Assembly: GCF_006345805.1 (NCBI RefSeq)
Contig: NC_042998.1
Location: 114,390,001-114,454,000 of the forward strand
Origin: Octopus sinensis
Lineage: Eukaryota
Direction of reading: 5' to 3'
DNA: 64,000 nt
Below are positions 13,596-28,853 of this stretch, piece by piece. Made by a program: the position numbers and the translations under genes. The stretch's first letter is position 1; every line of letters begins with the position of its first letter. The notes under the pieces are model-generated. The model saw only the letters and a list, made by a program, of their open reading frames with translations, did not search any database and was not told the origin of the DNA.

Positions 13596-14426
13596 GAGAG
13601 AGAAAGAGAGAAGGAGAGAGAGCAGTGTGAAATAATTTTAATTGAAAGAAAGATGAAAAGAAATAAACTTTTCAATCTTTAATCACTTGTTTCATTTACA
13701 AAAATATTGATCCAAACAGTTGAGTATCTAACGACAAAATACATTTGTACTATAGTGAAAGCGTTAAAATAAAACACCAAGAATGAAAGCAAAAAAAAAG
13801 AATAATAACACCACCAACATCAATATTGACGAACGAGAACAAAAATATAAGAATATAAGAATACACACACACATACACACACACACACACATATATATAT
13901 ATACATACACATACATACACCAACATGCAATATAAACCAACATCATTCATCAACAACATGCTCTAACATACAAATATTACTATACAACTGAAAAATAGCA
14001 GCGGCAACATTATCATCATCGTCATTATCATTATTAATATGACCTGAAAGATGAAGAAAAAGAATAAGAATAAGAGGAAGGAATAATAACTCTCTTTATA
14101 AAGGAACTTGGAAACAAAAGACTGTATTGGTAATAATAGCATTGTTTGAGTTGTTAAATTGATTACAAAGACCTGCGTGATCTATCCTACGGAGCGAGAA
14201 CGCGGCAGAAGTTTGGTTGGTGTTGGTAGAAGTGTGACAAATTTTATAGTAATGTTCTTGTCAAGTTAATACAAACTGTGATGAAAATTTGTCTGTTTGT
14301 GCCATGTTGACAAAACACAAGGCAGGAAAACAGCAGGCAGATAAATGGAAAAATCTACGTACAATGAGAAATACGTTGTCTTTATTACCATTTATTTGTT
14401 TATGCATTTGATAAAATTAATATCAA

Positions 14427-14429
<3 letters not shown>

Positions 14430-14500
<71 letters not shown>

Positions 14501-14568
14501 AATCTGAATAATAACAATTATTTGTATGCTTATTATTGATAGTAACAATAAAATGAATAATAGCAACA

Positions 14569-14618
<50 letters not shown>

Positions 14619-14650
14619 TATGATAATAATAATAATAATAATAATAGTTT
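14430..14650. repeat. (ATT)n then (AAT)n trinucleotide arrays; similar arrays at 53144-53240, 53600-53780, 56920-57120, 59630-59855
   Basis: Direct inspection. Confidence 0.95.
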
Positions 14651-15344
14651 TATTAGGAATAACGAATTATTTGCTCTTTTTGGGGTTATGTTGTTAATAT
14701 TTCTCTATCTATCTTTATGTATGTGTGTGTGTTTGTGAGTGTGTGTGTGTGTGTGTATGTGCGTGTGTGTGTGTGTGCGTATTGAGGGGAAATTGAAAAT
14801 AATTGTTGGAACACAATGGATGAAAACTAGTTTTGTATTTAGAAAAGAATGAAAAATTAAAGAATGAAAAATTCGGAATTTTACAAGGAAACGAGAAAAA
14901 TAATATAAGAACAAGAACTAGAATAAAGACAAGACAAAAAAAAAGCAGAAAAATAGAAGCAAAGAATGTAAAATCCTCGAAATGGTGAAACTGAAAAAAG
15001 TCAAACCAGAGGACAAAAATACCAAAATAGAAGAAAAACAAAAAATGCGTTACCAAACTGAAGCAAAATGAAATGAATGAAATAAAACAAAGAAAAACAA
15101 TTTCACACACACACACACATACACAGGCTCACACATACGCACACGCAGGTACATGCACGCACACATTCACACACATATACACTCACGCACACATGCATAC
15201 ACATATACAAACACACATACGCACACACATATATATGTAGACTTATATATACATACACGAATGCACAGACACACACATATCTATACACATATATATATCT
15301 ATCAATCTCTCTTTCTCTCTCACACTATATATGTATATATATAT

Positions 15345-15389
<45 letters not shown>

Positions 15390-15921
15390 TATATATATTA
15401 TGTATGTATGTATATATATATATGTATATATATATATACATACATACGCATATATTCATTTATAGATATGAATTCTTAGTATACTTATATTTACGTATAT
15501 ATACGTATATATACGTATATATATATATATATATGACACTCACATACAATCAGACACACTCACTCACAAGCACAAACAATAATCACGCACAAATTTCACA
15601 ATAACAACAGGCTGTATTAAATTCTTTACGGTGAAAATAAGAAAATATACAAACACTCCACAAATAAATTGAAAAACAATTGTGCAAAGCTTTAGTTTTA
15701 ACAAAGAAATTATATGTTTTAAGTAATGTTAGGGAGATATTAAAGACTGATACTGAGATACAGTTAGACAGAAAGAGAGAAAAAAGGAGGGACTTGCCAT
15801 AACGACAGAGAAAGTTGGAACAAGCGAAAGCGATAGATGTGAACGACAAAGTAGGTAAATGCAGATGAATGGGCTTTGTGATGATATATATATATAATAT
15901 ATATGATATATATATGTATAT

Positions 15922-15992
<71 letters not shown>

Positions 15993-16149
15993 GTGTGTGT
16001 GTGTGTGAACATACATATAAATATATATATATGTTCAAGCACAAACATCCACGCACACACATTCCCACTCATATTCACACACACATACAGAGTCTCACTC
16101 TTTCTGCGTCACACACACACACACATATGTAGTTGTGAATATACATATG

Positions 16150-16191
<42 letters not shown>

Positions 16192-16597
16192 GGTCGCCTC
16201 CTCTCTCTATATATGCGTATGTATATATGTATGCATGCATGTATATATATATAGATATATTGGTATGTATGTCTATATGTACCTACCTACCGACCTACCT
16301 ACATGTCTATCTGTCTGTCTACTATGTATTATATATATTTGTATATATACATATATATATATATTACATATATATGTATATATATATATGTATATATATT
16401 ATATATATATATATAGGCTTTTGAATACACGTAAGTATATATGTAAGTGTATGCGTGTGTGTAGTTGTGTGTATGTGAATGTACACTTATTTACATCGTA
16501 CACATCAGCATTGTACTCATGAAAATGTATTATATGGTATACATAAAGTTTAAAAGATATACAGCGATAAACATCGAGAGCATGAAAGAGAGTGTGC

Positions 16598-16638
<41 letters not shown>

Positions 16639-16735
16639 AGCTTAAAAGAGAATATATTCGGCATTGAAGAAATATATACATACATGAATACACATATATA
16701 CATGCGTACACACGTATATACATATATACATATAT

Positions 16736-16770
<35 letters not shown>

Positions 16771-17647
16771 TATATATGTAAATATATACATATATACATA
16801 TATATATGTATATATATATATATATATATATGTAAATTTATACATATATATATATATGTATATATATACATATATATGTATATATATAGATATATATGTA
16901 TATATGTATATACATATATATGTATACATATATATTTTTATATCTATATATATATATGTTTGTATGCTTATGTGAGTATGTATATATACGTGTGTGTGTG
17001 TGTGTGTGTATGTATATAGATGTGTGTATGTGTGTGTTTGTGCATGTATGTATATATCTAGAATTTGAAGATGTGAAGATAATACGAGAGAATTTATATT
17101 CAAATTGTAAGATTGATATGACAGAATATGGAGAGAAACTGATTGGTAGAGACACATAAAAGAGTGAAAAAATACAAAGAAAACAAAAGACTTTATATGA
17201 TCAAAGTAAAAGTTATAATAATTTTGAAGTGTTTTCAATTCATACATTTAATTCTTATCATTTAATCTGTAAAATAGAAAGAAAAATAGCGGGGAAAATA
17301 TCCAATAGAAAAAGAAAATATTAAGACAACAGGAAAAGAGAGATTTTGGAAAAGAAGGAAAATTTACATTTGCAGAATGAAGGTGAAATGTAAAGAAAAT
17401 GTTAAATAGAAACAAACATAATAGCAACAGAGACGAAAATTTGTAGAAGAATTTAAAAGAAAATAACCTATATAACACAATAAAAGCTATAAATAACCAA
17501 CAAAATTTACGAATGAAGCGCATCAGCTTTCAATTGAAGATGAATAAGAACTGAAGTTTGAATAATGGAAATGTTGACATCGTTTTTGGAGGTATGCAGT
17601 GTTAGGTGGGGATGTCTTATTTTATATTGAAGTTCTAATGATTTCAG

Positions 17648-18467
17648 ATTTTGGCACAATGCCAGCAATTTCAGAGGTGGGGGGCCAAGCTGATTGCAAA
17701 GACCCCAGTGCTCAACTGGTACTTATTTTATCGACTTCGAGAGGATGAAAGGCAAAGTCGACCTCGGTGGAATCTGAACTCAGAACGTAAAGATGGACGA
17801 GATGCTACTAAGCAATGCGTTCGGAATGCTACAGATTCTTTTCTACTCTAGGCACAAGGCCTGAAATTTTGGGGGAGAGGGCCAGTCGATTAGATCGACC
17901 CAGGTACGCAACTGGTATTTAATTTATCAACACCGAAAGGATGAAAGGCAAAGTCGACCTCGGCGGAATTTGAACTTAGAACGTAAAGACAGGCTAAATA
18001 CATATTTCTTTACTGCTCCCAAGGGGCTACGCACAGAGGGGACAAATAAGGACAGGCAAACGGATTAAGTCGATTATATCGACCCCAGTGCGTAACTGGT
18101 ACTTATTTAATCGACCCCGAAAGGATGAAAGGCAAAGTCGACCTCGGAGGAATTTGAACTCAGAACTTAGCGGCAGACGAAATACCGCTAAGCATTTCAT
18201 TCGGCATGCTAACGTTTCTGCCAACTCGCCGACTTTATTGAGGTTCCAATAATATTAGTTTAAAATTTTGGCACAAGGTCAGCAATTTCGGCAGAGAGGT
18301 TAAGTTGATTACAAAAACCTCAGAGCTCAACTGGTACTTATTTTACCCACCTCGAGAGGATGAAAGACAAAATCGACTTCGACGGAATTTGAACTCAAGA
18401 CGTAAAGTCGGATAAAATACCGCTAAGCATTTTGTCCGGAGTGCTAACGATTCTGCCAGCTCACCAC
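17648..18467 (-). mobile_element. Train of four tRNA-derived SINE copies, including one dimeric composite (17845-18235)
   Basis: Repeated core actggtacttattt..tcgacccc.aaaggatgaaaggcaaagtcgacctcggcggaatttgaactcagaac; heads end in ctgccagctc/ctgccaactcgcc. Confidence 0.9.
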
Positions 18468-18873
18468 TGTTTTTGAATTTCCAAACATAATATACATCTT
18501 TTTTATTAGCCATAAGGTTCCAAAACTTAGGGGACAGTACAAAAACGGATTAGGGAATAATGGTGAATTTTGGTCAAGCAAAAATGTGTCAGCCATTATG
18601 GATAACAATATAATATAAAGAGTCCCAATTAGGAGTGGTAAGAATGATGAAATACAAAAATTGTTAAGCATTTGTCTTTGCATGGCATGACAAGTAAAAC
18701 ACTGAACCTTCGGTCGTACACCACACAATATAGGAATGCACCTGTAGTTATGTAACAGAGGTGTATGATATGGCAGATACTCAGTGGTCCTCTGCCTCAT
18801 TGCTGCGCAATTTTCCAAACGTCCTATATTTTCCTCCTTTTATATGCCAGACACCGCACAGCCTGCCACTATC

Positions 18874-18904
<31 letters not shown>

Positions 18905-18905
<1 letters not shown>

Positions 18906-21900
18906 TGCTGCAGCTGATAATACCAAATACTACTAATACTACAATGACACTACAACTACTACTATGATAGCACAGGAATCTGAGGCCTAACAACAACCCT
19001 TACCCCCCGCCCCTGCTACAGTTGCTGTTGATGCAACTAATGCTGGTAATACACATGAAAACAATAATATCAGTGATATCAGTGATGATAATAATAAAAA
19101 TAAGGAAAGGAAGCGGATGGAGCCTCCTCATGGGCTGATTAAGGATACATCTAGTGATGGTGTCACAATAAAAACATTGGTAATTGCGCAACCTGATAAT
19201 CGCTACCGCATATGAGTGACAATGAGAAAACAAATTATTGTGAATAACGGCGGAAATGAAACTGAAACCAATTATGGTGACAATGTTACTGAGAGATTCT
19301 GGTCGGGCTCACGCCTGTCGATATCCAGAAAGGGCCCACCACACACGGTGTAGATGGAGCAACCAAATTAATGCTGTGGTCATGGAGTGTTACTACCTGA
19401 GCAGCCCGGTAGATGAAAATGTTGCTCAAATTAGGGGTTACCGACAACGTATGTATGATCATTGGAGAGAAAAGGGATCGTTTCAACTTACCGAACAGAA
19501 ACTATGTGATCAAGCTAGAGCAATAAGGAAAAATTGTTGGTTCACAGAAGTAGAGCTCGAAGCTATCAAAGACGTGTCATGGAAAATAGCAGTAGAGATA
19601 ACAATGGAAATACAGTTCTTACTAATAAGAGTAATCTCATAGAACAGGAAAAAAGCAGTGGTAGTTTACTTGATGAGAGACATATAGATTATCTAAAAGA
19701 AGAAATAAAACTAATGACGACATGACAGATGAACAAAAGACAATCTAGAGCAGAATAAAGTTTAGACTACAGGAGAACGATAGCGACATTATTTGCAACC
19801 TTAAAAAGGTTGATCGATGGAAATTGAACCAAGAAACGAAAAATGTCAATGAAATTCTGAAATACATCAAAACAAACATCACAGAAACAAATAATTTGAT
19901 CAAGGCAGCAAGTATTGTTGTAGCAGAAAACATGGGTGTTGATGTCAAGAAAAAGAAACATAATAAGAGTGACAAAAGAAAAGATCCATGGTGGAAAAGA
20001 AGAATCCAAGCAGGGTTAGACATGGTCTCGGAGGAAGTCTCTGTGTTAGACCGAAAAGAGAAAGGGGAGCTTAAAAGCGAACAAAAATACAGGGCGCTGA
20101 AAAGAAAGTATAATATGGAAAGAAAGGGCCTGAAAGAAGTAATGGAGGAACTGAAACAGCGCCTTGTTGCAAAGAAAGCAAAGTGGGTAAGATACGATGA
20201 AAGAATGAAGGGTTACCAGCAGAATAGGTTATTCAGAGTAGATCAGAAGTGATTCTATAAAGAAAGAAATGGAGAGTTTACAGATGAAAAATTGATAACA
20301 GTTAACATTGAAAGTTAAAGGTTTTGGAGTGACATCTGGAGCAAAGACAAGGAGCACAAGAAGGATGCTGAATGGTTGCAAGAACTGAAACAAACAGTAG
20401 CCTGTCCAAAACAGGCAGAACTAAACATTTCAGTTACGGAAGTGAAGAAAATCAGCAAAAATATGAGAAACTGCAAAGCCCCGGGACCAGATGGAGTTCA
20501 AGTCTACTGGATCAAAAGATTTTGTGAATGTGATGCATGAATAGCTGCAAAACTCAACACCTTGTGAAATGCCGACCAAGTAACACCAGAGTGGTTGACA
20601 TTGGGTAGGACGTTGGTGTGCCTGAAGAACATCGAAAAAGGCAATACGGTAGACAATTACATGCCTATATCCTGTTTGCCACTTATGTGGAAGTTATTGA
20701 CTGGAATACTCGCAGAGTCAATGTACGAGCATCTTGTAAAAAACGGAGTCCTGTCACCTGAGCAGAAGGGTTGCAAGCATAAGTGCAGAGGTATCAAGGA
20801 TCAACTCTGTACTCAGAGACTGCAAGAGGAGGAAAAGTAACTAGCCATGTCATGGATCGACGACTATCGCAAGGCGTACGATATGATCCCACATTCTTGG
20901 ATTATGGAGTACATGAACCTATTTGGTATTGCATCGAATGTTGAGCAATTGATTGGAAAAAGTATGGCAAATTGGAGGACGGACCTGACAGCATACGGAA
21001 GAAGATTAGGGACCGTAGAAATTAGGAAGCGCATCTTCCAAAGGGACTACCTGCCCCCACTGATCTTTTTACTGTGCTTGATACTACTAACACTTATTCT
21101 GAGGAAAGCAAAAGCTGGGTATGTATTCAAAAGCTGCCAACAAAATTTTAACCATCTATTATTCATGGATGACCTGAAAATTTATGGTAAAGATGAATCC
21201 CAAGTCAGTTCCCTCGTTGATACGGTGTATACCGTCAGTGCTGATATTACAATGGAGTTCGAAATGAGAAATTGTGGTGTGTTAGTCGTGAAGAGAAGCA
21301 AAATCAAATGTACGGACGGGCTAACGATACCATCGGGGGAGGTTATGAAGCAGGTAAAAGAGACGGGCTAAAGCAGTTGGGGATTTTGGAAATGGATAAA
21401 TTGATAGAGAAAGAAATGACAGAAAAATGTAAAGTGGAGTTCTTACGCAGACTGAGACTGATCCTTAAGTCAAAATTAAACGGACGGAATAAGATCAAAG
21501 CTATGAACACCTGAGCGGTTTCACTCCTTAGATACGGTGCAGGGGTAATCGCATGGAGAATAGACGAACTAAACAGTTTAGGCAGTAAGACAAAGAATTT
21601 GCTAACAAGATATGGGTCACTCTACCTAAAATGTGACACAGACAGACTGTATGTACCAAGACAAAGAGGGGAAAGAGGACTATTGGATGCAAACACAGCA
21701 TTAGAGCAGAAGAAAACAACATAGCATGGTATGTAAAAAATACCACAGCACCGCTATTATTAGAAGTAAGATCAGACTGGTGTAGGATGAGAGATTGCAA
21801 AGATAAAGCAGTATACAAGAAATTGAAAACGAATGAAACTGAAAATAGGTGGGTAAAGAAAAGAATGCATGGTCAATTTCATAGGGATGTTGAAGATACG

Positions 21901-22681
21901 ACAGACAAAGAAAAAAGATTGCTCTGGATGACTAAAAGTGATTTGAAACGGGAAACGAAGGCTCTAATCTGTGCTCCCCAAGAGCAAGCACTACGAACAA
22001 ACCACATAAAATACAGAATAGACAACACAGCAGAAAGTGATAAGTGCAGAATCTGTTGACAAAACGGTGAAATCGTATGGCATATTACCAGCCAATGTAC
22101 GGCACAAGCCCAGAAGGAATATAAGAGACGCCACGACAATATAGACATTGGATACTTTGTAACAAGTATGGACTTAACAGAACAAAAAATTGCTACGACC
22201 ACAAACCCGAAGGCATCGTCGAAAATTGAAATGCAAAGATTCCATGGGATTTTTGATTCAGTGCGCCCATGAGATAGAGAATAAGAAGCGGGACATATTC
22301 TTAACTGAGAAAGAAAACAAACTGTGCTGGATCATAGATATAGCATGCCCAGCTGACAACAATGTATACGATAGGGAAAAGGAAAAGTCGAGAGATATGA
22401 CAGGCTAGCTCGGGCAATTAAGCAGTTGTGGTCGATGGAAAAGGTAGCAGTAGTACCAATAATTGTCGGAGCCCTGGGAGCAGTGAGCAAAAATCTCGAT
22501 AAGTACGTGGAACAAATAGGGGCTGCTATATAAGGGTGGAGCACTTGCAGAAAACTGTACTGCTTGTAACCGCTCGAATACTCTGGAAGGTGCTCGAAAA
22601 ATAAGAGCTGTTACTTTAGTTCACTGGTAGTGAACAGCTGGCACCGTTGTACATCTCCAGCGTTAGGAGCTGTGCTAAGAC
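18905..22681 (+). mobile_element. Near full-length, frameshifted R4/Dong-clade non-LTR retrotransposon (RT + CCHC + RLE), flanked by (AAT)n
   Basis: N-terminal RWSNQINAVVMECYY...GYRQRMYDHWREKG...LTEQKLCDQARAIRKN; RT motifs [48 protein letters not shown]; AQEQALRT...KCRIC; RLE IIDIACPAD...VPIIVGALG ending about 22603; short 3' UTR; AAT tracts 18875-18905 and 22682-22775. The 5' boundary is uncertain. Confidence 0.92.
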
Positions 22682-22708
22682 AATAAAATAATAATAATAA
22701 TAAAAATG

Positions 22709-22772
<64 letters not shown>

Positions 22773-22783
22773 TAACAACAACA

Positions 22784-23220
22784 CAGTCAAAACACCGTAA
22801 GTTATGATATTTATATAATACAAAGATATATCTAAAAATATATGACATGTCTCTGCAACTTTTAATTTATTTAATTTATTGCTGTGTCTTAAATGTAGAT
22901 TTGAACTTAATTGTCCCGTCCTCGAATTTAATTAAGTTCTCGAAAGTAACTTTTACCCCACGAGGTAAATTCTCATTCTCTCTCTCTAATTTATTCCTCG
23001 CTCTCTCTTCCTTGCTCTCACTCTTCTCTCTCCTTCTCCTTCTCTCACTCCGCTTCTCCCTCTCTGCAAAGCACAAGTTTCAGCTGCTGTTAAAAAACTT
23101 GCTAGATATTTATTTACAACCAAGAGAGTCCCAGTCAAAACACCGTAAGCTATGATCTTAATATAATACAAAGATACATCTAAAAATATATGACATGTCT
23201 CTGCAGCTTTTAATTTATTT
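22784..23220. repeat. About 88-bp direct repeat (22784-22871 and 23132-23220) bracketing a pyrimidine-rich segment
   Basis: cagtcaaaacaccgtaag.tatgat.t..atataatacaaagata.atctaaaaatatatgacatgtctctgca.cttttaatttattt in both copies. Confidence 0.85.
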
Positions 23221-23529
23221 CTCGACAGATTCTTTACTTGATGGCAGCAAGAAACGCTGCAGTAGGCACCTTCTCTCTGCGGTGATGCGCCCGTCCTACC
23301 CACCCCATTACCATCTTCCTTTATGTTCAATATCTACCTCACTTCCGTATTTACAACCACTCTTAAGAAGTCCACCCACTTGCCCTGTCGATCTGCATGG
23401 ATTATACTGACCTTGCTGTCTTAATTGGCTTCCTCCCCACCTTAGTTGATCCTCTTTTCCTTTTCTTTTTCTGTCTTTCTATTCTCTCTCTCTTTCACTC
23501 TCTCTTCTTATTTCCCCCCAATTCTTTTC

Positions 23530-26150
23530 TGTTAATGCCGGGGTGGTGTTGGGAGTTGAGCGCCCATCGCTTATAAAACGCCCCAGTGGCCAGCGCAAGA
23601 CGTATCCCTGATAACCAAGCTCGACTCCTTCGCCAAACCAACAGGAGAAGAATGGGAAAAGACGAGTATCTGTGCCTTCAAATAACCAGTGCTCCGTGTA
23701 GGCTGTACTCGTTAGCCTTGGATGACAAGTATACTAGGAGAAAGATCAATCTGAGTTCAAAACCAGGGGAGCAAAGTCCCTGCTGCCTTGGCAGACTACC
23801 TTGAGAGAGATGGCGTCTCGTTAAAAATACCCGTAGGTCGTAACCTACAAACACACCTCATATGTGAGTGAAAATGCCAAGCAAAATAGATAACGATAAC
23901 GGTGTGAACGGGACTGGAACCAATGGTCAAAGTGCCGCACCCGGCAGGTGATCCACTGTGCAGTAGGGTAGGTCCGGTAATAATTCAGCCATTGATAGCC
24001 ATGTTACAAGACATAAGTGGAGTAAACAAGTAAACATGATGGTTATAGTGTTACTACCGGAGTACCCTAATTGATGCGAATGACGTACCTGTCAGAGGGT
24101 ACAGAAAACGAATGCACAGTAAATGGAAAGCAATGGATATGTTTGAAATTACTGAACAGAGATTATGTGACTAAGCAAGAGCAATACGAAAAAATGGATA
24201 GTTAACAGAATTGGAGCCAGAAGCTATTAAAAGAAGGATATCGGGTGATGCTGGACATGCGAGAAACGAAAGTGCTATAGTGGGAGAGGTGGACAATTGT
24301 TCACCAGCATATACTACCGTGAATTGAGAAAGACTTGAGATATGTGACCACTCAAAGAATAAAGAACGATTAATAATAGATAGGATTTTTGATCTATTAA
24401 ATATAGAAGTGACAGAATTTATGTGCGACTTCGAGAGGGCTAACCAGTAGAAACTAAATCAAGAGACTAGTAAACTCAATAACGTATTGAGACACATTGA
24501 AACAAAGAATATCACATAAACAAATATTCTTATCAAGGCTGCCACTAGGATTGTGGCAGATAGGATGATATTGAGTACTACAGAGAACAGAACAGCGACG
24601 GATAGAATAGGAAATAAACAAGCTTGGTGGAAAAGGAGAATTTCTGAAGATATAAACTCATTGAACAGTATAGTGTCAATACTTGCCAGGAAAAGAAATG
24701 GAGAACTTAAGAATGCATAGAAATTCGAAAGAGTTAGGAAAAGGTATGGTGTTGATACAAAAGGCCTGAATGTTGTAATTGAAGAATTCAAACTGTGCCT
24801 ACTTACAAAAAACAAAAAGCAAAGATAACTAGGTTTGAACAACGGATTAAGCAATACCGGCAAAAAATATGTTTAGAACCGACTAAAAAAGATTTTATTA
24901 AGAAATTAAAGATGATAAAAACGTGAAAGATTAGTCGCTGATGCTGATGGAAGTCGACTTTTCTGGGATAAGAAATGGAGTAAGCGAGAACTCATAATAC
25001 TACAGCTGAATGGCTCTTCAGTTTGAAGCAACCAGCAACCTTGGTACTCAGGAAAATGAACATGGGTACGAACTAAAGGGAAAATCCCAAACAATCAACC
25101 ACCTCCTCTTCATGGATGATTTGAAACTCTTTGGCAAGGATGAGACACAAGTGAGTTCCTTCGTGAACAAAATGCACTGTTTTAGTGCTAATATTAGAAT
25201 GGAATTTGGACTCAAGAAGACCGCAAATATCTACCCCAAAACAGACAAAGTACTGTCCGTAGCAGGGGTAGAATTACCGAACAGAGACTTGATTAAGCAA
25301 ATTGAAATGGAAGGCTACAAATACCTTGGTGTACTAGAGTCAGTAATGGAAAAAGAAATGAAAGAGCAACTGAGGATGAAGTATTTCCGAAGGCTGAGAT
25401 TGGTGTTGCGCTCGAAATTGACTTGATGGAATAAAATCCAAGCAGTTAATATATGGGCGATAGCATCACTTCGGTATGGAGCGGGAATTATAAAAGGTTA
25501 AAAGAGAGGAATTAATGTACACCAAGACCAGAAAAATGTTGACAGCACACAGAGCCTTCGATCCTATGAGTGACATCGATAGGCTGTACATATTCAGAAA
25601 AAAAAAGGGTGGGAGATGTTTGATCAGTTGCCAGGAATATATCGAAGAAGAAGAAAACAGCCTAGGTGGTATATAAAAAATGCCGTTGAAAAAATGCTTG
25701 TTGAAGCATACGAAGAAGGTCGGCGTCATCAAAATTGAAAATTGTGTAACGGAAGAAAAATTTAAACAAGAAATGAACACAAAAAATAAAAAAAATGTGA
25801 AAAAAATGTACGAGCATTTGCAAAAGATCTGAACGCCAATACAGATACAGAGGACCGGTGGCTATCCTCAGGAGTGGCCTGAGGATAGAGACAGAGGGTA
25901 CTCATATACGCAGCTCAGGAGCAACTGCTAGGGACTAACTATATGATGTGCAGAATAGACAACACAACCGATTGCGACAAACGCAGAGTGTGTGGTGAGA
26001 AGGGTGAAGCGATATGGTACATCGTTAGCCAATGTCTGAAATTGGCACAACGCGAATACAAAAGGCACCATGACAATATGGCAAGAAGGATGCGTTGGGT
26101 GTTCTGTGGAAATCACGGCCTACAAAGAGCAAAGACGTAATATGAGCAAA
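23530..26150 (+). mobile_element. Second R4/Dong-like element, internally deleted (N-terminal half of RT missing near 25020-25060), lacking its own RLE end
   Basis: Putative 5' UTR, then N-terminal GYRKRMHSKWK...FEITEQRLCD-like region (about 24100-24200), INHLLFMDDLKLFGK, YKYLGVLE, AQEQLLGTNYMMCRIDN...VCGEKGE...EYKRHHDN. Confidence 0.85.
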
Positions 26151-26989
26151 CCCCAGAAATTAAAAACCAGAAAGAAAGAACGGAGATTATCAGACTGGCA
26201 GGAGAAGGCGTTGCATGTTAGATTCCCAAAGATAATTTCAGCAAAGAATAGTAGTGAGACATGGTTACGATTGCAGAAAAAAAGCTGAAGAGGGAGACAA
26301 AAAGTTTGTTAGTAGCTGCACAAGATCAAGCGTTAAGGACTAATTGGATAAACGCCAAGATAGACAAAAACCAATTAGATTCTCAATGTACATTATGCAA
26401 ATCAAAAGAGGAACGATTTACGCGTATAGTAAGTGAATGTAGCATGCTGGCACAGAAAGAATACAAAAAAGACATGACAATCTAGGGAGAGCAATCCACT
26501 GGGAGCTATGTAGAAAGCTAAGATTTGAACATACTGATAAATGGTATGAACATGAACCTAGTAAAGTCCTAGAATAATATAAGCTAGAAGGCCTGATTAG
26601 TAGTAGATAAAGAGAAAAGAAAGTGCCAGATAAGAAACTTTACATTCCCAAATGATGAAAAAATTAATATGGGAAATATAGAAAAAATATCAAAGTACAA
26701 GTATCTAGCCATTGAATTACAGAATCTATGGAAAGTACGGGTAAAATGTATCCTTGTAGTTATAGAGGCATTGGGAACTCTCTATAAAGATCTGAACACA
26801 TGGGTAGTGGAAACAGGCATAAAACCCAATTTAGTTCAGCTGCAGAAAGCAATGTTATGGGAGCCAGATAGGATATTTACAAATGTTCTTGGCATCTAAG
26901 GTTACTTGTGGTAGCCCAATAGGAGGGTTCTTGGCATCTAAAACTTGTTGTAGCCCGATGTTGAGATACTTTTCTTTTCCAACAATGTA

Positions 26990-27010
<21 letters not shown>
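26150..27010 (+). mobile_element. 3' fragment of another R4/Dong family fused to the previous element
   Basis: Second WQEKALH...AAQDQALRTNWINAKID...CTLCKSKEE...SECSMLAQKEYKK, then EKISKYKYLAIELQNLWKVRVKCILVVIEALG...TNVLGI*; 3' UTR matches that of the minus copy at 42093-42170. Confidence 0.85.
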
Positions 27011-28224
<1,214 letters not shown>

Positions 28225-28225
<1 letters not shown>

Positions 28226-28787
28226 CCCCGAATGCTGTACATGCCCTGATGCAGTACGGTGCTCTGATGCAGTACGGTGCCCTGATGCAGTAACAAGCAC
28301 TGGCCTTCATAGATTCTGATCTTAACTGATGGGAACTCTTATCATGTACATTGTTTTGTCTTGGTATAAAAGATAGGCAATAGCAAATATTCTGCTCAAT
28401 ACCACAGATTTGCCTGTTAGTTGCTTGACCAAAACCAGTTGAGCTTGCCCCTTGGAGGGTAACGATATCTGCATCTCTAATCACGAGCAAAAGTGGTGGG
28501 GGAGCATCATACCCATATGTTGAGAGGAATTCTTTCGTTAAACATTCTTAAATAACCCTTATTTTGAGCGGGATGGGCTACTCAGCCAGGAGAAAATTCT
28601 CACTGAGGCCCCACCTGCAAGATCATATGCCGTTTACCTCGGTATGAGATCATATATCGCGCACATATGGTTGTGAGTCATGTGCCTGGTGTACCCTTAT
28701 CGGACTTGTAGTCATGATGAGTGTACTGGGATTTGTATATTTTTCCTCAGTGTCACTTTGATGGTTTGCACTGTCCTCGCCCTCAAT
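28225..28787 (+). mobile_element. About 0.55-kb non-coding interspersed element (copy 1), downstream of a long (AAT)n array
   Basis: Colinear homology with the reverse complement of 41506-42053 (tgccctgatgcagta...ctgatcttaactgat...gcaaatattctgctcaataccacagatttgc...gtgcctggtgtacccttatc...cagtgtcactttgatgg). Confidence 0.85.
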
Positions 28788-28813
28788 ATTACTACTGTTG
28801 CAGCTGCTGCTGT

Positions 28814-28853
<40 letters not shown>

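Noticed and set aside
23540-23630. Pseudoknot-compatible pairings in the Dong leader (ggagttgagc/gctcgactcc crossing ggtgtt/aacgcc)
   Set aside because: P3 3' strand and P1.1 do not fit an HDV-like fold; not supportable without a family consensus.
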